NCBI GenBank assembly: GCA_964016885.1
Contig: OZ024743.1
Location: forward strand, 279,124,001 to 279,188,000
Source of the DNA: Eledone cirrhosa
Taxonomy: Eukaryota
Direction of reading: 5' to 3'
DNA length: 64,000 bases
Shown here: positions 59,337 to 64,000 of the stretch, piece after piece
Position numbering within the stretch: position 1 is the first letter of the stretch
Layout: each line of letters opens with the position of its first letter
Notes under the pieces: generated by a model
Seen by the model: the letters and a program-made list of their open reading frames with translations, nothing else
What the model was told of the DNA's origin: nothing
The model's database searches: none
Program-made: the position numbers and the translations under genes

Positions 59337-62300
59337 ATTTATTTTATTATATCTATCTATCTATATATATCTCTCTCTCTCTATATATATATATGTATCT
59401 TCTTTTTAAATTGCCTAAATAAATATATTTTGTTTGCATTTGTAATTATATCTTCATCCTTAATTAATTCAAACTAGAATAGTTCAAACTAAATTAATTC
59501 AAACTAATATTTCAACAAAATGAAATATAAACAAAATATATTCGTACACTTCGAATGCCACCGAAATTTATTTATATACAAAAACAGAAGTCTACCACCT
59601 GTAAACCCCCCTCACAAAATCAAGTTCTGATTTTTCAAAATCATTTTTTAAATTACTTTTTAAACAAGAAATCTGAGCGCTTCTTACAGATATGAAAGGT
59701 TGTATTTTTTTAAGAAATAGACGGGGTTTTAAAATTACAACGCTTAAACGTATAAGTGTCATATGTGATTAATTAATATTTCGTCGCTTATCCTTTCGTT
59801 CAATTTATACCAGTGATACATTGTTCACGATGAAGCCAAAATCTGTCTTTCTTTAACTCACTTTATCTATTCCCACTCTCTTTTATCCTTTCTCCCTCGC
59901 CTCTCTCTCTTTGTAAAAAAATGAATGCCTCTGTGGAATTAGAATGTGTTTCGAATAGCTATTGTCATTCTTTGATGTTTTTATTTGTTTCTCAACGCCA
60001 CTGTATAGTCAGCTAGTCATGTTTCAGTGAATTAATACTGATAGACGTGGCAACAAAAAATAATGACTGTTACCTAAAGAAGTCAATTCCCAAGGGACAC
60101 CTTCTGCAAGAAAAACAAATATTGAAATCTGTGCTAAGATATTTATAGTTATGAGACGAAAAATTTGAATTTGATAATTATATTTGCAACTGTATTGAAA
60201 AGAAAAAAACATAGACGTTAGAATAATGATCAAGAAAGCCAAAGGAGACAACCTTGTGTGTAATAATTAAATAAGTCTACTGAATAATTATTTTACAAAC
60301 ATAGGGATATTGTAGGAGGTTAATTAAGATCCTGTTTATTTACCATCATTTTTGAATTCATAGCTTTCTACGCTTATCTCTAATTCTCAGTTGTTCTTTT
60401 TTAAATCAATACACTCACAACCACATATATACAATCAAACTAACAAGTGTTTCTCGTTCCTTAAACTTCGCAGGTTTATCCAACCCTGTCTGTGGATGTA
60501 TCATTTTGGTGCATGTTTCTTATGATTTGTTTCATTTTTACAATGAACATATTCTAATCGGCAGGACTTTGCAAAACTGAAAACATAAACCAAATCATAG
60601 GTGGTAATGTGACGATTAGATTTGCCTCACCTTGCCGTGAGAAATCTACAACGTCGGAGTCTAGAGTTCCCTGTAGCTATTGAGTTCTTGAACAAACGCA
60701 TAATTGATTATGAAAGAGCAATTTGAGAAAAACTATAGTCACGTATATTGCTGACATACAGTTTATCTATGATCGCAAATATAGTGTTCAACATAGCACA
60801 AAATACACATATTAATAATTAGGTAATTAATCCCTTCATCCCCAAATATAAGCTTTAATGTTGCGATGAGGCCGCAGATCTCAATATGAAATGAAAATAT
60901 TATCTTAGTAATTTTCTCCTTTATGCAAGCGAAATGATATTAATTAATTTTTTTCTCCAAACTTTATAATGTATAGTGGCACCTCTCTTAATACATAAAC
61001 GTTTTGATCATTTATAGATACACCTCATATATAGATATCGGAATACGATTAAAAACATACAAGAACATTTTCAGATATATATGCATGCCAAGCAAATAAA
61101 ATATGACATCCTACCGTTTAGCAAACAACTGGCAGATGTTTCATATAAATAGTGATAATATGAATTAATGTCAGCAGATTAGATCAACAAGTGATGTTAT
61201 AAATTAAAACACATATATCATATTGACTGCTTTAGTATAAGTATTTACAAATCGTATTATAGAATATTTGCGCAGAAAATATCCAGTTCCGTGTCTTTTA
61301 AAAATATCTCTGCACCTGTCATATTTGAATACCAAATATAAAGTTTAAATTTCGGTAAAATGAATCTGTGACCCATGTTGCGTTAAAGACCAAAGAAAGG
61401 ATGCTTGGAACAATGTCCCCTGATAAGTAGCCTGCGATAACTAATGAAATGTATTGGGCACATACATTTGCATATGTATGTATATATGTATGCCTACATG
61501 CATGTATTTATATATGTTTCTCTTTCTCTTAATTTCGAGTACATCTTTGACCGGAGGACTTCAGAGAGTAGATCCACTCCGATCAGTATAGTCTATATTG
61601 TCCGAAAGAGATTCGATTAACTGACCTTACTATCGTATTCTTCACTTCTTTATTTATTTTTTTTTTTTTTTGTGACTTCAAACTGGCGGCAGTTTCTGCT
61701 TCAGATGTTAAATTCCGCGGCAAAAAACGGCTTCTTGTGGCGCCGAATGGCAGGAAGAACCCTTGGTTCAATTCAATTAAGATGTCAGAAATGCCATCCG
61801 ATCAAAGCAGGAGATTTAACCATCTTCGCTTGGACCCCTGCGAAATGTTTCAGAAGAGACAGTAAAGCCGCCAAGAGCGAAGACATGGGGGGGGGGGGGC
61901 ACTTTGGGGCTAAGCTGGAATACGACTTCACATCTGCAAATATATTATCCTAACAGACCATCGGGATATTTCTGTCGTTCTTCTCTCTTCGGATAGGTGC
62001 ATCCCCCGAAGTGAAGAGAATAAATTGCTGATCTTTTAAACCTCGTCTCAACAACAGTTTCTGATACATAAGGTGCATCCGGGAGGGATAACAGGAAATA
62101 ATCACTGGACAGATTTTAAGGGCAAAACTAACTGGCAAGAGACCAAGAAGTAGCAATCGAGTAAAATGGTTGAAGGAGAAGGAACATATCTGGAGGAAGT
62201 TTTCGTCGACTAATTGCATGGATTTCCAACTTATATCAAATATGGGAGATTTTACCGTATTTTATGTCGAATGTATGACGCTCACCTACAGAATTTGTTC

Positions 62301-62611
62301 TGGACTTATTGAAATTATCCATAATGAGGGTCATTGCATTCATCTTTTTTCTCTCTACATATTAATATGTAATAAATTGATCAATTCACTGGAATGTTTT
62401 GCATACATACATGCACACGTGTACACAAACATAACTCCATTCAGACATACATATATATACATAAATGCTATACACTCACTAAAGAATACATTCAGAAAAA
62501 TATGCATACATATATAATAAGTTATTTACATATATACATTAATACAAGTATTCAGTGGAGTAAATATACATATACATACATACGTGCATACATACATACG
62601 TACATACATAC

Positions 62612-63010
62612 ATTGAAAACGTGCTCTGTTGTTGAGATTCGCTGCCCAATTGATGTGAAGTTTGTAAGAAAAATACAAGACTAGGAGGACATCTACGGAA
62701 CATTGATGAGGAGTTTGCAGATCCAGTATCCAAGATACACCTTCAGCTTCATATCGATCATTATTGGAGCTACAGGTTATCTATCAGCCTGCTTGGACCA
62801 AAGTATGACTGAACTTGGATTTGTGGACAAAGAGCGCAGCTCCCTAATTCGTAGACTAGAAATGACTGCGATAGCTGGCACCTTCAAAATTTGCAAAACA
62901 TTCTTGCGATTCAAGGGATGACAATTTCTTTTCTTTTACAACCTTGCCACCAGGAAGGTGGCCGGTCAAATTTGTACTCGTAGTTAAGAAAATGAAAAAC
63001 ATACATATAT
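62612..63010 (+). mobile_element. Restriction-like-endonuclease non-LTR (R4/NeSL-like) 3' end within (TACA)n
   Basis: CSVVEIRCPID...IYGTLMRSLQ...ISIIIGATG...AIAGTFKICKTFL; (CATA)n-like tail. Confidence 0.7.
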
Positions 63011-63188
63011 ACATATAAAAATGCATGCATGCATACATATATAAATGCATTCATATATAAATACATGCATACATGCCTACAATAGCTATATACATAGATC
63101 TATAGATACATTTATACACATACACACACACTCACACACATATATATATATAAATATATATAAATGCACACACACACACACACACTAT

Positions 63189-63294
<106 letters not shown>

Positions 63295-63551
63295 ACATAT
63301 ATTCACACATATGAATACGCATATACGCCAAAACGCGTTAAGACAGATGTATATACGTATGAAACTAAACATATCGTCAGCCTTATAAATAGACATCCGG
63401 TTTTGTTTCGCCGTGCAACTTCCATGTTCATTTTGCTTCAACACTTTCACAAGAATGTATGGAAGCCTTTTCCGTTTTAACTACTTAGTCGTCCATGCAA
63501 CATCTTTATTTTTTTCCACTTCTATCTCATCTCAAGAAATCATTATCACCA

Positions 63552-63752
63552 CCATCATCATCATCATCATCATCATCAGCTTCTTCTTCTTCTTCTTCTT
63601 CTTCTTCTTCTTCTTCTTCTTCTTCTTCTTCTTCTTCTTCTTCTTCTTCTTCTTCTTCTTCTTCTTCTTCTTCTTCTTCTTCTTCTTCTTCTTCTTCTTC
63701 TTCTTCTTCTTCTTCGATTCATTGTAATTCTCATTGTCGATGATATTATTAA

Positions 63753-63789
<37 letters not shown>

Positions 63790-63830
63790 GTTATTATTAT
63801 TATTATTATTATTATTAATATTATTATTCA
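63552..63830. repeat. (CAT)n, (CTT)n and (ATT)n microsatellites
   Basis: Directly visible. Confidence 0.95.
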
Positions 63831-64000
63831 TCCATTCATTCATTTATTTGTTTGTTTATTTTTCAATTTATTTCATTTTATGTTTCTATGTTTATGGTTT
63901 GGTAACGATATTCGATTCGGTGGCGGAGTGTTTAGTTATTAGTAGTACATGCCTTCGGCAATTTTTTCCATTTTACTTTTATATATTTATTAGGTGATTT

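Noticed and set aside
61545-62220. Higher-complexity block with short ORFs (also 34625-34975)
   Set aside because: No recognisable domain or splice structure; may be a decayed transposon

Overview
AT-rich, microsatellite-dense animal genomic DNA. The SINE family and repeat landscape resemble an octopus or other cephalopod (inference). I found no host protein-coding exon; most listed ORFs are translations of (TA)n/(CA)n/(GAA)n repeats. The window holds decayed transposons: hAT transposase, Helitrons, Tx1/L1, RTE, R4-like, CR1-like, Penelope GIY-YIG and tRNA-type SINEs. The main signal is a dense set of minimal type-I hammerhead ribozyme (HHR) motifs from several unrelated repeat families. The best case is a near-identical 470-bp tandem array (13069-15761) with one intact HHR per unit, ending in a fold-back copy. 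A second, ~320-bp array (40426-41270) uses a compensatory U3-A8 catalytic core. Several HHR elements share one geometry: inverted arms, 3' ends facing outward, usually next to (TA)n. This fits non-autonomous, Penelope-mobilised retrozyme-like elements that could make self-cleaved circular RNAs. All motifs were read by eye; activity and novelty are untested.
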